This document shows, piece by piece, positions 12,344 to 26,039 of a DNA stretch of 64,000 nucleotides (its first letter is position 1; every line of letters begins with the position of its first letter). The position numbers and the translations under genes are program-made. The notes below the pieces were generated by a model. It had not been told where the DNA came from and did not search any database. It saw only the letters and a list, made by a program, of their open reading frames with translations. The stretch comes from Chara braunii (lineage: Eukaryota; Plantae; Charophyceae): positions 4,539,414-4,603,413 of the forward strand of contig BFEA01000005.1 in assembly GCA_003427395.1 (NCBI GenBank), given 5' to 3'.

Positions 12344-13969
12344 TATCGCGCGTGGTGGTTTCACACCCTGTTGGGAAGTGCTGAACCTCACGGTCGTGTC
12401 ACGTAGGAGGTTTCTTCAGAGTTGTTGAAAAGAACCAGTCACCACTTTGACCGTGCGCGCGTGCTATACCTCTCACGACGCTTCACGACAGGTCGGGGCA
12501 TCGCGAGGTAAAACTTACCTCTACCCAAGGGGTTGTCACCACCCTTAGGTAGGAGTATCCCTGTTGATCTACCGACCCACATGCGAAGGTTTTTACTTGC
12601 CTTTGTAGAGGTAGGTCGGCCGAGGGTGTTTGCTAGATCATCGCAACATAGGAATGGGGTACGTGCGGTAAGACGCCTAAGACTGACCCGTTAATCAAGT
12701 CAAGTTCAGGATGTGATCTCCCTATCTCGAACTTCTAGATACTCAGGTCGAACTCTTATTAGGCTGTATATATCTCCTTCTGAATCAAAAATGTATTATT
12801 CTCCTACCAATGGAGAATAAGGTACCAATAAAATCATCTTACTACCTAGGGCATTATATCCTACTTAACTGGTCATGACTTAAATGAACATCAGATATTA
12901 CAAAAGTTAAATATGACAGATAATGAATATAAAGGTATTACTGCCAAGAACTCTTCCCACTTTCACAAGCGTTGTGTGTCCAAGACTCTTCACGAGATCA
13001 AACCCGGTTCAATCCAAACTACGCACAAAATAGACCTGCACAGAATAATGCAAAGACAGTTCACATGCCATGCACTAATGACGTCAACCATCAACCATTG
13101 ACCTTGTCCCCCACTTCCCAAAACCATGTATGACAACTCTATCTTTACTGAGACGTAAGCCCAACCCCCACACATTTCTTCGAAGGACCTTTGAGAGTGA
13201 CTACGACCATTTAGGCAATGACCACATGTGACGATTTTACTGACCACAGGGTTTGACTTTAGACGTGGGTATCAAGTCGAAGAGAGAAAAATTCAATCGA
13301 TAACAACCGACATGTTATCGAATGATAACATAAAGTTTGGATCCTTTTGTAGATCTTTTCTTTCAAATACAATAGTAAAAATGAGCCCAGACCTGCACAC
13401 ACATAGGTTAACGACAATTCAACATCCCCTCCTAGTTTTTCACCCATCATTTCCGAGGGTCGGACCCTCAGATGAAGATCACAAACCCTGGAAACTATAT
13501 CTTAAGGTCCAATTCCTACTACTACTCCTACAAACCTTCCAGTCTGTCCCTTTCTCCTTTTCAAGGAGTCCTTTTCAAGGAGATTCATACCCACGTTCTA
13601 CATCGTTTAAAAAAGAACCTTTTTTTCTTTACTTCCAATCCTCTCATTTTCTCTCATCCGGGTAAGCACATTCCTTCTGGTGCTTATGTGGTAGTCTGGT
13701 TGAGATCAACTCATGACAGTGGTGGTTTCTCCCTCAGGAGTTTATCACTGAACTGAGGTTATGCGAAACTTCTTCTTTTCTAATTATTTTTCCCCACGGT
13801 ATTTACCATTTATTCTGTTTTTTTTCAGGGCATTTGGAGTCACTCCCGCCAGAGCACTCACTTTTTTCTTTCTCTTCTTCTTATCCGGACATACTCAAGT
13901 AGCTGACTAATTTACATGGGAATCTTCCACAACTTGATCAATTCCAGACAAAACGGTTAGTCAAACGAG

Positions 13970-15370
13970 TAGTCGAGTAGCCCCACGGGAGCACTCAACC
14001 ACCCTTCAAAATTCATGCAGTCTTTATGCAATCAATCTTTTGGAACCATCTTATGCAAAAAACCAGATAACTCACATGAGAGTATCTCTTTATTAGTTAC
14101 AACAAGTAGTTGAGAAGACCTTGTTGAAGCACTTCCAACACTTGTTCTAACATTCATCAACAATTCAGATCATCTCTTTATAAAAGATCAGTACAAAATT
14201 CAAATCAACAATAGGTGGCCTTCACGAAAGTCCCCTATTATTCCTTTATCAGAGATCAGTCTATTCTTAAGAGCGTAATGGGATAGCCCCACGGGAGCTA
14301 CCCTACTACTTTCTCAGAGTTAGACGAGCTATGATTGAGTTAGCAAACACAGACAAACACTAGGTCCTCCTTTTGCTGGAGTATCCTACTGGGCTTGTTA
14401 AGGTAGAACCAAGCAATCAATAGGATGACCCCTCGGGAGTCTCTCTATTCCTTCCTTGGGTAGTAAATAGTTTATCTTTAGAGTATGACCCTGGGGTAAC
14501 ACACAAAAATTTACCTATTGCCTACTCGATGAATAAATAACCCAGGTGTATGTAGGTTGTCAGAGATTGAATAGTAAGGTGATCTCTTTCCTTTTCTTGT
14601 GTTAATAACCAGCTCAGGTTCGAGCTTGTAATGGAATGACCCCACGAGAGTTATCCTACTACTACCAGAATGACTGCGAATACCATTCCTTTGATCAAGC
14701 GATAGGACGACCCCACGGGAATCTCCCATAACCTCATTCAATGTTAAACAGATAGATCGTTAGTAACTACTCATGTCATCCATCAGTCATACCCAAACAA
14801 GTAGTAGGGTTACTCACCCGGGAGTATCCGTCTACTGTCCAAACACAGTCACCTCATTTCTTTTCTCGTTACTTGATCTTCAGCTCAAACAAGTATTTAG
14901 AACGACCCCACGGGAGTTATCCTACTACCAGTTTGTTGCGTCAGAGATCAGTCAAAACAACTCTTAGTTAAGTTGTTCTGACCGTTCACCTACCTTGCCT
15001 AGGCATCGTGAATAAGCAAGAGGTATGTCAAACCCACGGGAGTTCTCACCCCTCTTGGCTTTCGCTATGCATATTTCAGCTAATGGCGGAAATAGTTTGT
15101 ATGAAACTGTTTCCTCACCTTCTTCTCAATTCCAAGCAGACCATTCAATTGGAGATAAGGTAGTTCCCATGGGAAACCCCCTTTTCCCACCTTTTAGTCG
15201 GATGGATCGTCCTAGACTTAGGAGTTTGTGTACTCACGCGGTGAGTACTTAATTCTTTTCCAAATCTAGTCCGATAGGTGATAGGAGAGCCCCACGTGAG
15301 CCTCCTACTACCTCTGTTTACGTTAGTCGTCCGAGCCTAGAAGCCATGTACCCCACGGAAGTACCGGATT
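13970..15370 (-). repeat. Hairpin array 1: >=12 interspaced units with core CCCCACGGGAG (plus strand)
   Basis: Cores at about 13981, 14287, 14429, 14489, 14640, 14711, 14813, 14906, 15033, 15166, 15233, 15290 and 15351, with self-complementary flanks that differ between units. Confidence 0.85.
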
Positions 15371-16959
15371 ACCTTCTAGGTGTAGTTCGTAAGGTAACAA
15401 AGAAAACGCACGACAACTTTCCGTCACCAACGCTGGAGCCAAACAAACATTTCATCAGTTCGTTACTTAGTCGAGTGAAATGGCAGGGTAATTCGCATGA
15501 GAGTATCCCATCATTCACCTTAGTCAGTTCATACAAGCAGTGTGATGATTTTACAGGAGCCTCCATCACACGACTTTGTCTCTCAAACCCAAGCAGACTA
15601 GGTTCCTTCTTCGTTCTCCTAGGTTCCTTCCTTACTTCAGACAAGGTTCTTACTTCATGCATATGTTAATTCACCCTTTCTGAAAGTTTTACTCCTGAAA
15701 AAAAAAAAAAAAAAAAAATGTATAGCACACACTCATTCATGCAGTCTGATAGAGAGTTGTAACTGGTAAGGGATAAGGGAAAGGATAAATCCATGCGTAC
15801 CTTATGGTTCCCTGCCTCCAGAGTTCCTCCTGAACTCCGACAAAGCACTCGCAATCGCCCTGTATTCGGTCAAGTATGATCTATGCAATTGATTGTCTGG
15901 ATCTTTTAAAGTAAAAAAAAAAAACAAAGTTATCTTCAGCGGGTGTACATCATCAGATACTTCTAGTCGAGAAGTCAAGTGCCTTAAGGATAAGAATGGA
16001 GGAGAATGGAGGAGGTAGCCACCATCACACATCGATATTGTCTCTCTCCTCTCCAATGCCTCGTACTCTCTTCCTCTCTGACCTCTATTTATCTGATGAT
16101 GTTTTAATAGTGAAACAACAACCAATAATAATTAAAAAAAATAAAAAATAAAAAATAATAATAGTAGTATCAGAAGGTAAGCGTGCAAAGGCGAATGAGA
16201 AATCCCAGATTACGAAATCACATTTGAAAGCCAGAAAGTCCGACACTGTTCAAAAAGTAGTAATGCACCACTTCTACACCAACGGAGAATTAGGATACCG
16301 CATCAAATTGTCAATGGGAGCACATTCTCGTCGTCACCAACATAAGTATTCAGATTCCATCTCCATACTTGGTGCTCGATGCTCAGACTATTGACGTGCA
16401 ACCAATGTCGGTCTACGATTTGACATTGCACCCAGTTGACATCATGAAGATGCCGACCCTTATAGACCACTGGCAAGATCAGGTACGTGGCCTTTCTTTT
16501 TTCATTCTCACCTTTCTCTTTTTTTTTCTCTGTGCGTGCGTTTGTTTGTTGGTGTCTACCTGTCTATTTGCCTGTTTGTATCTGTTTTGTATTTGTCTCT
16601 CCTCTCTTCTCTAGTTCTGATAGTGATACAATTAAAATAGTTTTCACGTTTACAGTAGCAGATGCAGTTCCCAGGCTCGATCCCTCACCCATGTATAGTA
16701 TCACTTGTGGGTGCGAGCTTGAACGGTAAGTCTGAAGATTAGAGGTCCGAGTAGTGGTAGAAGTAGTAGCTACTATAGTTCCGAAGGGTCCAGTGCGCAG
16801 TCCTCTGGAAGCTCCGGAACAGACCCTCCATGAGCCCAAGGATGCAGTCCGTAGGCAGGTGGTCAAGTGGGCAGTCCTTCCCAGTCTAGTCAGCGGTACC
16901 CAGTCCTGGTCGCACTCTGTCAAGTCAGCAAGTACCATGTCGGACTGTGTGCACCCCGG

Positions 16960-17510
16960 TTCTTTCTCCCTCCTCTTATTCTTCTCATTCTTCTACCTCC
17001 GTACGTGCATCTTTATTGGCCCCACCTGCTACCTCTTTCTCTGTGTCTGTCTGTCGCAGTTTGTCTGTCTATATCAGTCTGTCCGACTGTTTGTGTCCAT
17101 TTGATTGACCAGCTGTGTCTGTTTGGTTGCCTGACTGTGTCCATCTATTCATTTGTTTGTCTGTGCCCATCTGTTTGTTTGTCTACCGGCGTCCGACTGC
17201 CTTTTATTCGCCTGCGTTGTCTGCACCTGTCTCTTTTTCCTCCCTTCTTTTCTCTCCCTCTCTCTCTTGTGTCTGTCGTCTCTTTTGTCTGTCGTCTTTT
17301 TTGGCTGTCGGTCTGTCACTGTCCGTCTGTCTGTATTTGTCTGCCTGTCTGACTGTATGTTTGTTTTGTATCCGTATGTTTTTGTCCGTGTCTGTTCGTC
17401 TTGTTGAATTGTCTACTTGTCTGGTTGTCTGTGTCCATCCGTTTGTTTATCAGTCGGCATCTGTTTGTGTTTGTCTCTCTTCTGTTTGTCAAACTGTGTT
17501 TGTACCTACC
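16960..17510. repeat. Degenerate (GTCT/GTTT)n low-complexity tract
   Basis: Direct reading; similar tract at 63415-63915. Confidence 0.85.
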
Positions 17511-17783
17511 TTTGGGACATTATTCTTGCCTGTGGAACGACCCTTTTGCTCGTGGGATGCGACTCTTCAATATGACTTTTCATCATGAGACGTCTCTGTT
17601 GTCTCTAAGATGTAACTGTTTGCTGAGTGGCAGTGAGTGCCTATTGGACTGGATTGCTCAGGTACCCGACTGTGACTTTCTGAATTTGACGAACTCGGCC
17701 TCTCTTGAGGAGGGCCTCTGTCCCTGAGGCCCGAATATGGGGCCTGAATCGTGGAAGGCCTTTTCAATGATATCAACAACAAT

Positions 17784-17843
17784 CAATAGTAATAATAATA
17801 AAATAATGATAAAAAAATAATGATGATAAATAATAATAATATA

Positions 17844-17915
<72 letters not shown>
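17784..17915. repeat. (AAT)n microsatellite
   Basis: Direct reading. Confidence 0.95.
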
Positions 17916-18377
17916 TCTAAAATAAAAGTAGTTGCAAGAAATACGAGTGTGAACGATATAAAAAAAAACAAGTTGCGAAGTCACACAGATGTCCAAGTAC
18001 TTATGTAGGCGCAAAGAGTATAATTGCACCGAGAATCCATCCAAATAGAGCAATATAATGAAGTAATGAGCCAATGTTCAAGCCTGCAGGCCACACCAAC
18101 AAAGTATCCAAAGTCGCTCCTCTCTGTCTGGCACCCAACACCTAGCCTACTCTACTTGTCTATCCTACCTACAACTGTGTTCACTCAACGAGCTCTCTTC
18201 GACTCTCGAAGACCAATGTACATGATGTCAACTCCATAGCCGACCTCTCTTCATGCACCAGGTGCGTATCTCGTCACGCTCATCATACCTTGATACCCCA
18301 CACTCGCCTCTTTCTTGGAAGACCACTAGATTGCCTCTTACCCCCTCCGTGCATGCACCCCCTACTCTAGTGATTCG

Positions 18378-18495
<118 letters not shown>

Positions 18496-20421
18496 TGCAT
18501 ACACACATATACCTCTTCCCTCACACGCAGACCATCGCACATATGCCTCTGTCAGACTCAAATACACGTGTAGATGAACCAAGGAACTCTCACATTCTCT
18601 CCCTTCTTACCGTCTTATCTCGCATTCCCTCAGTGCCTGCTCATTATCTCAACGTTCACAGTCGAGGCGCACGCAGCGATTTGCAACAGTCGGGCCAAAA
18701 ATAAAGCCAGGACACCCAAGTCGGAAACCACAAGGCGTGGATTACAATCGGCTGAATCAGAGCGTCTTTGCCAATTGTTTGACCGACGACGTTACACTCT
18801 CTCTCCTTCTCTCTCGCTCTTTCTTCTCAACACTCGTTCTCTTTCTTCTGTTGCGCACACAACGCCAAAAAAAAAATAAAAAAAAATAAAAAAAAAAATA
18901 AAAAAAAAATAATAACAATAATAATAACAGTAATATAATAAATACTAATAAGACAATTCAATTGTAATAATAATAATAAATAATAATTGAATAACTTTAT
19001 TATAATACGATAGTGATAAATGTATACTGGATATCTCTCTGGTTCAATACACCAATGTCGGGTGTTCCGTTCAAGGGAAAAACATGCGCGACAGCGGTAT
19101 CATCTAACAACAGGTACGACTTGCTTTCTCTCAAACACACACACACACATACGTGTAGGCGTGCATTCCTCCATATTCCAGCGGTAGATTCGTTCGATTT
19201 TGCTCATCCTATGTCGCGTTGTTAGCCGCGCGATCAGCACATACGCACACACACACGTATAGCAATGTATAGTTCCCTGCTGTAGCGGTAAATTTGTTCT
19301 ATTTCACTCATTTCATCGATAGAAGTAGCGTTAGACCAACCGAGGGGTTGAAGTACGTAATTTTCCATGTTCTAGTCGTAGATACATTCGATGTTGCTCG
19401 TCCTATCGTTGAAGGTAGCGTGAGGTCGTGGTGATTCACATACACGCACACACACACATAAGTGTGAAGGATGTATATTTCCTTGTTCTAGCGGTAGATG
19501 CATTCGAGATTTCCCATCCCGTCGAAGAAAATACCCCAAGGTCACCTGCGAGTTTGAAGACTTACCTGCCGACCGCTGCTTTGCTCGTCCTACCGATGGA
19601 AAATTCTCCCTCTCACATTGCCTTCGTCGCCTGTCGTCAGCGCTCGACACCCCGTAAGCCTCCACCCTCACATATGGTAAGTAGCGAATGCGGTCAGGTG
19701 AGTATCCTCTCCCTCTCTCTCTTCTTCTCCTCCTCCTCCTTCTTTTTTTTTTTTTTTTTTTTTTTTTTTCTTCTTCTCTTGCTTCACTCGCAAGCCCGCA
19801 TCCATCCTGCGCTACCCCCGCGCCTATTTCCTCTCGTNNNNNNNNNNNNNNNNNNNNNNNNNNNNNNNNNNNNNNNNNNNNNNNNNNNNNNNNNNNNNNN
19901 NNNNNNNNNNNNNNNNNNNNNNNNNNNNNNNNNNNNNNNNNNNNNNNNNNNNNNNNNNNNNNNNNNNNNNNNNNNNNNNNNNNNNNNNNNNNNNNNNNNN
20001 NNNNNNNNNNNNNNNNNNNNNNNNNNNNNNNNNNNNNNNNNNNNNNNNNNNNNNNNNNNNNNNNNNNNNNNNNNNNNNNNNNNNNNNNNNNNNNNNNNNN
20101 NNNNNNNNNNNNNNNNNNNNNNNNNNNNNNNNNNNNNNNNNNNNNNNNNNNNNNNNNNNNNNNNNNNNNNNNNNNNNNNNNNNNNNNNNNNNNNNNNNNN
20201 NNNNNNNNNNNNNNNNNNNNNNNNNNNNNNNNNNNNNNNNNNNNNNNNNNNNNNNNNNNNNNNNNNNNNNNNNNNNNNNNNNNNNNNNNNNNNNNNNNNN
20301 NNNNNNAAAAGTAAAATAAAAAAATAAAACTAACAAAATCTAACGGTTAACCGCCCTAACCTGCCAAGTGTCGGCCTGCTGTACTCGACTTTAACTACCC
20401 AACAAACCTTAACTAAGACCG

Positions 20422-21215
20422 ATATTAAGGTCGTGGGTTTGAGCCCCGACCAAAAAAATGTTGCGGGGCTCCCTCACAAAAGGAGCTAGGTCAGGGGCCG
20501 AGTAGATTCGTTCTCTGCACCCTGTGCTTGACAGTCCCACACCTAAACCTACTGAGCTAGCTCCCACTTCAAGTAAAAGAGGAGCAGTTTAGTATAAATA
20601 TAGTAGCGGGGCTCAGTCCGACCAGTGGCCTGAACCCGTTTTTCTAAGTTTGTGTCTGTGTACGTTTGCTGGTATGCATGCCTGTCTGAGTGCTTGTTGG
20701 TCTTGAGTGTGTGTGTGTCCTGCAAGGGCACTTGGTTGATCGGATGGCCCGAAGGGACGGTACTTACCCGCGGTCATGACATTGAGAGTTGCCGCGGGGA
20801 AGACACTCAAGTGATGGGGAAAGAGGTCTGTGCCACTTAGGAACGGCGGGAAAATACTCAAGTAGCAGGTAGACCGGTATCACCCTACTTAGGGGTAGGC
20901 GTGCCGGGTACTCAAGGCCTCGCTAAGGAAGACAACAGTTGTTGTTGTTGTTGTTTTTTTTTTCTTTTTTTTTAATTTTTAGAGGCCCAACACAGTTAGG
21001 TAGGCGGATACCAGTTCAAGTAGTCTGAGTTTAGGCCTTGTGCGGACGATATCAGAGGTTGATGTGGTGTTTCCCTCTGCAAAGGGACAAAGGCACCGGT
21101 CGTTCGGGTGGTCGCGTGGACACGAAGTCGCCGCTCAAGAGGCGATTTTCTCTCTACATATGGAAAGCTGAATGGTAGCCCCAACCTTACTCACGACATT
21201 CGAGTAAGACCAGAT
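20422..21215 (+). ncRNA. Putative structured RNA motif B, copy 1 (repeat-borne)
   Basis: Colinear homology with 34883-35635; conserved stems with GCAA loop; tRNA T-arm-like start AAGGTCGTGGGTTTGAGCCCC. Transcription not shown. Confidence 0.45.
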
Positions 21216-21674
21216 GTACCGGCTGTCGTCACCTATTATGGTAGGCAGTGTGTTTCCTTTGGCTGCCCCGGCCTTATGACCAGGGTTATATTAATTTTTC
21301 AGTCGTCCTTAGATTTTATGGCGGCTAGACCTGCCGACTTTCCGTACCGACCGGTCAGACGCTAAATTCTTTCGTATTTGTTTTACTGCCTGAAACTTCG
21401 CCTGTTTTAGCTCGTGGTCGCCGCATCCCGAGCGACCTTTTCTGGTTTTCTTCCAATCCTCCGTCCCTTGCGGGCGAAGACTTTTAACTTTTACTAACCT
21501 TTACCTGTTTTTTTACCTGACGTATCACGACATATGATCACCTAGCGACCTCATCCTTAATGGTCGAGAAATTTGCTTCATGGTGTCATGCCAAAAATTC
21601 TCAATTTTCACTTCAGGCTGCATCGAATGCAAAAAACATGAGCAAATACCCTTGTAAGGGTGTTTGCTCCGACA

Positions 21675-22239
21675 CCACTATCTCATTAGCGCTTGTGAGG
21701 TCGCTGACATCGTCTTCAACCGAATCGTGAGAGATCACGGCTTACCTCAGAGCATCATCTCCGACCGTGATCCGTGCTCTACGAGCACATTATGACAACG
21801 CCTACATGAGGTGTACGGATCCCAGCTCCGCTTCTCATCGTCTTACCACCCTTAGACATATGGTCAGACTCAGATCACAAATAGAACTCTCGGGAATATC
21901 CTCCGAAAGTTTATTCAGGATGACCAGTAGTGAGACTTATACTTAGCCAACGTGGAGATTGCGTACAACCACGCAGTTTTGCTAGCCACGAGGAGGTTGC
22001 TATTCTATTGCGAACTCGACTAGCACCCTTGCGTGCCCGCGGATTTCCTCTGACTGTCGCAGTTGCGCCCAGACACTTCTTGTTTTGCGCTTGACGACTA
22101 GATTGCCCACATGGCGGCGATTATGAGGCGCTCATACGAGAGTCTAGCTGACACCTAGACCCGCATGGCCGCACGAGCGAACCGATCACAAATGAATCAT
22201 CCATTCAAAGTCGGCGACGATGCGCTCGTCGACAAACGC
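21675..22239 (+). mobile_element. Chromovirus pol part 2 (integrase core to HPFKVGD)
   Basis: IISDRDP, SSYHP, EIAYNHA, ANRSQMNHPFKVGDDALVDK; bounded by two TGTCG-family insertions. Confidence 0.9.
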
Positions 22240-24438
22240 TGTCGGTGCGAATACCCTTACAAGGGTATCCGCCCTGTTTTTTTGCATGCGACAAAGAATA
22301 GGTTTGGTTTAAAATTTAAGTATTCCGCGCGAGGTGCAGCTGCGGCGATGTGTTTACGACGACTGGATGGTTGACTAGAATAGAGAGTGTGTGGGCGCGC
22401 GGACTTTTGAGGCACGCGTGATCTTTTTATCTGTTGGTGATTGAGGGGTCGGCGTGATCGCCGGTCATAACTTTTTTCTTTTTCTGATTAGGCTATGATT
22501 AAAAAATTTTATGTCCTTGATTGACGTATTTGCTTGTGACTTGTGAGTACGTACGGAGGACGGCGTCGACAGCGACAGTGCGATTTTGTGCGGTAAACGG
22601 AGTATGCGAGGAATAGAAACGCGGGCCGGGTTTCCGCGTGTTTGATTGCAGGAGCTTGGCGGGCGTAGAGTGTTGACGGCCAGGTGCGGGCCTCTGAGGC
22701 CTAGGGGTGCACGGCCGCGTTGAGCACCCGACAGGACCTGTGAAACCCCCCCCACATCGGCCTCGAAGCCCTCATCTGAATAATTGCTGCTACCACCAAG
22801 ATCCGCGACGGGGCCTGCTGCACTTGGGACCATGCTACGGGCATGCGGCAGGGACGTTCCGCCGACACTGCGGCCATTGTCTGTGTTTGAGCTGCCCATA
22901 GGAGGCTTGAAAGGGTAGTAAGCCCCACCTGAACGGAGCGGACTAGATGGGCTGCGGTGGAGGCCGCAGCGGTACTAACGTGCCTACCCTTCGCCGGACT
23001 TGGGTACAAGGGGCAAAGGACTACCGTCCAGTAGCTGGTTCCCTCTGGAGTTTCCTTCTGGAAAGTCGGAGCTGCTGAGCGGTTTCGTTGCTCGGCCGAT
23101 GGGACTGAGAGCCTCACTGCCACCCATTGTTAAGGATCAGCTCGACAAGTGAGAGTTACCACTCCTTGGTGGCCTCGATTTCGTGTCGTCGAACACACTC
23201 TGCGGTGTTTGGACTAGCACACAGCGGAGCAGCGACCAGGGGCGGAGCAAGAAAGTGGCCAGGGAAAGACGAAGGCAGAAGGGTGAATCTGGGCCCGAAG
23301 CTGCGCCGGATGCATGCGGGAGAAGGAAGAACACAGTGACGAGCGCAGGAGAGCGGTAATGGGCAGGAGAGAGGCGCTGAGCAGGGAGCAACGATAGACC
23401 GGGCGGGCGGAGCCTGGCAGAGTACGAGGAAATGGCGGGAGTGGGCTGGAGGTGAGGTGCGATCGCGCCCAGCAGAACAAGGGCGGTGTCTAGGCACAGA
23501 TGAGCAGCGAGCAAAAGGGGCCGGGGAGTCAAGAGTGGCTGACTGCGCGGCAGCGAGAGCGAGAGGAAGACAAGGCGAGGCAACGAATGAACCTAGACCG
23601 GGATAGCGTCGGGGTGCGTACGGAGGAGGAAAGTAGGACAAGTGGGTGAGTGGAGCAAGGCCCGACACAGCAAAGACGGGTGAGTCTGAACGGGATCCTT
23701 GCTAGGCGTGTGCGCGGTGAAGGGGAGTGGAGTGTAGAGTGAACTTGGACCGGGAAGCACGTCAGGTGCTTACGAGCACTACGGGCTATGGTGGGCGTTG
23801 GGCAGAGCATCGTGGGGTGTGCATATCTCACTCGATTTTTGCCAAATCGGGTGAGTAGAAGGGCGATCCTGGGCTTTTAGGCTCGGGCGAATCTGAATCT
23901 GACCTCGGCGTAGGAGATGGGTTAGTGATTCCGGAGGTTAGTGAAGAAAGCCGTGCGCGGAGCTAAGGAGATGACAGGGAGAGGGGAAAGGAAGCATGCG
24001 TAGTGTGGTCAATCGGGAATGAAGTTAGTCAAAAAGAGGGGGCATTCCTACCGTTTTTTGGGTAGGCGAATCAGATTCTGAAGTCAGAATCGAAGGAAGA
24101 TCAGTAGAAACAGGAGTTAATGAGAAAGGTAGTGGGCGGGTTATGGCGGAAGCGAAGGAGGCGAAGAGTGAGAAATGCCTATCTCGCTCGTTTCCGGATG
24201 AAATGGAGCGGGAAAGGTCTTGATTTAGGGGTTTTCGTATACTACGAATCCAATGGTGGAGCTAGTTTTGAATGTCGAGGGTTAGTTTTTGTGCAGTGTC
24301 GATACGAAGCTGCGCCCAGGGGTGGAGTTCGACGAAGTGCTAATGCACCTAGTCATGTTCTAGAGTAAGGTTCATGGAGGTTTTGTTCGCCCTATTGAGA
24401 GAAGTAGCGTGGGGGCTAGTTGCGCTGTGCCTACAGAG

Positions 24439-24440
<2 letters not shown>
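22240..24440 (-). mobile_element. Hairpin-CCGACA end of a second TGTCG-family insertion (4-bp TSD ACGC)
   Basis: TGTCGGTGCGAATACCCTTACAAGGGTATCCGC follows ACGC (22236-22239). The matching TSD is GCGT (reverse complement) at 27948-27951. Right boundary uncertain. Confidence 0.65.
22880..23073 (+). pseudogene. Second diverged LSU rRNA fragment, same region as 7801-8031
   Basis: GGTGGAGGCCGCAGCGGTACTAACGTGC...TTCGCCGGACTTGGGTACAAGGGGCAAAGGACTACCGTCCAGTAGCTGGTTCCCTCTGGAGTTTCC matches the LSU rRNA core. Confidence 0.85.
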
Positions 24441-24526
<86 letters not shown>

Positions 24527-24527
24527 N

Positions 24528-24602
<75 letters not shown>
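24434..24602. repeat. (GA)n microsatellite containing a single-N contig join at 24527
   Basis: Direct reading. Confidence 0.97.
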
Positions 24603-24606
<4 letters not shown>

Positions 24607-26039
24607 AATACTTATCTGGCCGGGGCGCATCCAGGAGAAGGTACTTCAAGTGCAACATGTTTTAACGGACGAATCCTTACCTTCTGGCTTATTGCAGTAG
24701 GCGGACTGCAGAACAGTGGTTGAGTATCAACCTCATGAATCTTCCCGAGTTTTAAGGGAGATTCATTCTTATTTTGTATGTTTGGCAAGACAACGAAACT
24801 CTGGCTATAGCCCTGCTCTCGCTGATGTGATCACAACGTCAGGCTGATCACAACCAGGCTGCTCGTTGTGATCGTCATGCCGTCATTATCCCGAGTGTGT
24901 ATGTCGAACCCCTCGTCCTGTGCGCTAACTCAGACACCACGACCTCGGGTAGACAGAACAGGTGATGTGGGATGAGCCGAGAAGCGAGCTACGGAGGCGC
25001 ACTGCAGTGCGTCGAAAGCTTCATTCCGATTGTGTTCATCTCGACGCTTGGAGCAAGAAGGAGCTTGCTTGGAGGGAGGGGATTGGTGAAGTCAGAGAAT
25101 GGTGGTTGCTGATTGGTGGAGCAGCTGGTTTGTGAGCTACGGCTTACTAAACTGCTGCAGTGGGCTGCCGCACTAGGCTTTGGCTGCGCTGAGTGTTGCT
25201 GCAGTATACCGCTATCATGCCCTTCTGTGACGTGATTGCGGGCCGCCGTTACCATACGGACTTGTTGTGACCGTACTCGAATGAAGCACAGGGAAGTGCT
25301 CTATTAGGAGGGGCCTCCCTGGACTGTGTGGTTGATCGAGAGAGGCAGCACCATGGCCTGAGGTGGCGATCAAGTATCGGCGAAGGAGTGGCTTGCAAAT
25401 AGAGTAGGTGATCAAGCTCGGATAGAGGGTGTTATTGTTGCGAAGTGGGAGGTCGTCAGAAAGTCAGCAACTAGTGGTTCGACTTCAGTTGACCGGCGGC
25501 TGCGTGTTTTGGCCACCATTGGGGGGCCCTCAGGCGACTGAAGGATTCAAGGCCCTCTCTTGGGAGTTGAGTTGTCCCCCTCTTGTGTCTCGAGCGTCTG
25601 AAACCCCTTGTTCTGCCTTTCTTACTCTAAGTCTGGTCTACTTGGTCCTGAGAGGAAGGCGGCAGGCGGGATTGCAACCCGTAGGCCCGCAGCAAGGCCT
25701 TCGTGGGAGGTTACCCCACCGATTGCGGGAGCTCTGCCGGAACTCAGGAGGAGTTTTGGAGGCAGGGAATTGAGAGGTAACCACCCATCCCCCTCTATGA
25801 ACCCAGATTATAACCTTACATGTACTACCCATGGCATGATTTGATTGAGTATATGGCGTGCATCCCTGCTTTGACTTTTGTCTGGCCTTCAGGACACGAA
25901 TCGGATAAAGTAAAGGAGTGCATGCAAGTCTCAGTTTCAGTTTTGTTGATTGCCTGAAAGCATATTGTGAACAAAAGGGAAGTGTGTCTGGGAGGAAGGC
26001 AGTTTTGCCTGAAGTTTGGCTGGGTCATTAAGGCTGGGA

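Noticed and set aside
19428-20336. Long ORFs at 19.4-20.3 kb, 31.0-31.4 kb and 47.7-48.9 kb
   Set aside because: Open only because they run through N gaps.
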